The notes beneath the pieces were generated by a model that was not told where the DNA came from, did no database searches, and saw only the letters and a program-made list of their open reading frames with translations. Of a stretch of 64,000 nucleotides of DNA, positions 63,080 to 64,000 are shown in pieces. The number at the start of each line of letters is the position of its first letter. Within the stretch, counting starts at the first letter, position 1. Source of the stretch: Rhina ancylostomus (taxonomy: Eukaryota); contig JARFYF010000074.1 in the NCBI GenBank assembly GCA_030265395.1, positions 46,553,344-46,617,343 of the forward strand, in the 5' to 3' direction. Position numbers and translations under genes: made by a program.

Positions 63080-63380
63080 CTGGGCCAGTATTTATTGCCC
63101 ATCCCTATTGTCCTCAAGAAGGTAGTGGTGAGCTGCCTTCTTGTACCGTTGAGGACCTTCTGGTGATGGTAATCTCAGAATAAGAGAGAGAGCTCCAGGA
63201 CTGAGACCCAGTGATGAAGAGGGACCAACAACATATTTTCAAACCGGGATGGTGTGCGACATGGAGGGGAACCTGCAGGCGGTGGTGTTCCCTTGGACCT
63301 GCTGCTCTTGCCTTTGCTGGTGGTAGAGGTTGGTGGGAGGTGCTGTTGGAGTAGCCTCAGTGAGTAACTGCAGTGCCAAA
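63080..63380 (-). mobile_element. 3' fragment of the same LINE family as 8470-9720
   Basis: tttattgcccatccctattgtcctcaagaaggtagtggtgagctgccttcttg shared with ~8515. Confidence 0.7.
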
Positions 63381-64000
63381 CCATTTAAAGGCTGACATGC
63401 TTTAAGACGGTGTGTCTGTCAGACTCGCCATGAGTGGAACAAAAATGGACAGACCCCCTTTAACTAATGCTGAAGGGTCCTCAGTCCTGCAGCTTAGACC
63501 TACACAGGCTTCTGAAGTGCACAAGAACTTCGTACTAGTGATGTCACGGTGGGCATTGTGCGTTGTTTGACATCACTGCAAATGTCTGGCAGCCTCTGTT
63601 CACACAGGTGATCCAGTGCAAATTTCAGGAAGTTTGCTTCCTACACATTGCTTTTTGATAATAAAACTCAGCACACAAAAGCATTGTGCTTTGTGGCCGA
63701 TGTCTGTACTGAAATCGATCACAGAAAGGAGAATCTTGTTTTTGCACCGATACTTTAAGATGGACCTGGACTAGCAGCGTAAGGCAGAAAGTCCGCCAGG
63801 ACTCAGAGTAGTACAGAGCCTTTGTCATAGTGGACAAGGCAATTCAGACCATATTTGACACTAAGTCACACAAAGGCCACATTAGGACAAGATGGACAAA
63901 ACTTTTTGAGAAGAATCTTAAAGGAGGAAAGTGAGGAGTTGGGAGGTGGAGATTTTGGGAGGGAAATCCAGATTTTAAGTGCTACAGAGGCAATGGGTGG

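Noticed and set aside
57239-64000. CYP26 exons 1-3
   Set aside because: No CYP26-like translation found; the region appears to be a repeat-filled intron.

Overview
AT-rich vertebrate genomic window. The repeat complement (CR1-group LINEs, an HE1/V-type tRNA SINE, Penelope-type terminal repeats) points to a shark or ray; that assignment is inferred. It holds two convergent protein-coding genes. (1) A complete matrin-3-like gene on the + strand: 14 coding exons, ATG 5909 to TGA 46347, about 955 aa, with ZnF1-RRM1-RRM2-ZnF2 architecture, an 11-aa G/Q/N/aromatic tandem repeat in the N-terminus and a hairpin-rich ~3.1 kb 3' UTR. One RRM1 exon is split by a spurious 100-N gap. (2) The last three coding exons of a CYP26 retinoic-acid hydroxylase on the - strand (57238 to 54509). 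It belongs to the B/C clade but mixes CYP26B1 and CYP26C1 features and has a neighbour expected for neither, so it may be an extra ohnolog. Introns carry many decayed retroelements, including a near-intact minimal hammerhead ribozyme core inside an inverted repeat, plus candidate poison exons and RNA hairpins. All homology statements come from recalled sequences; no search was run.
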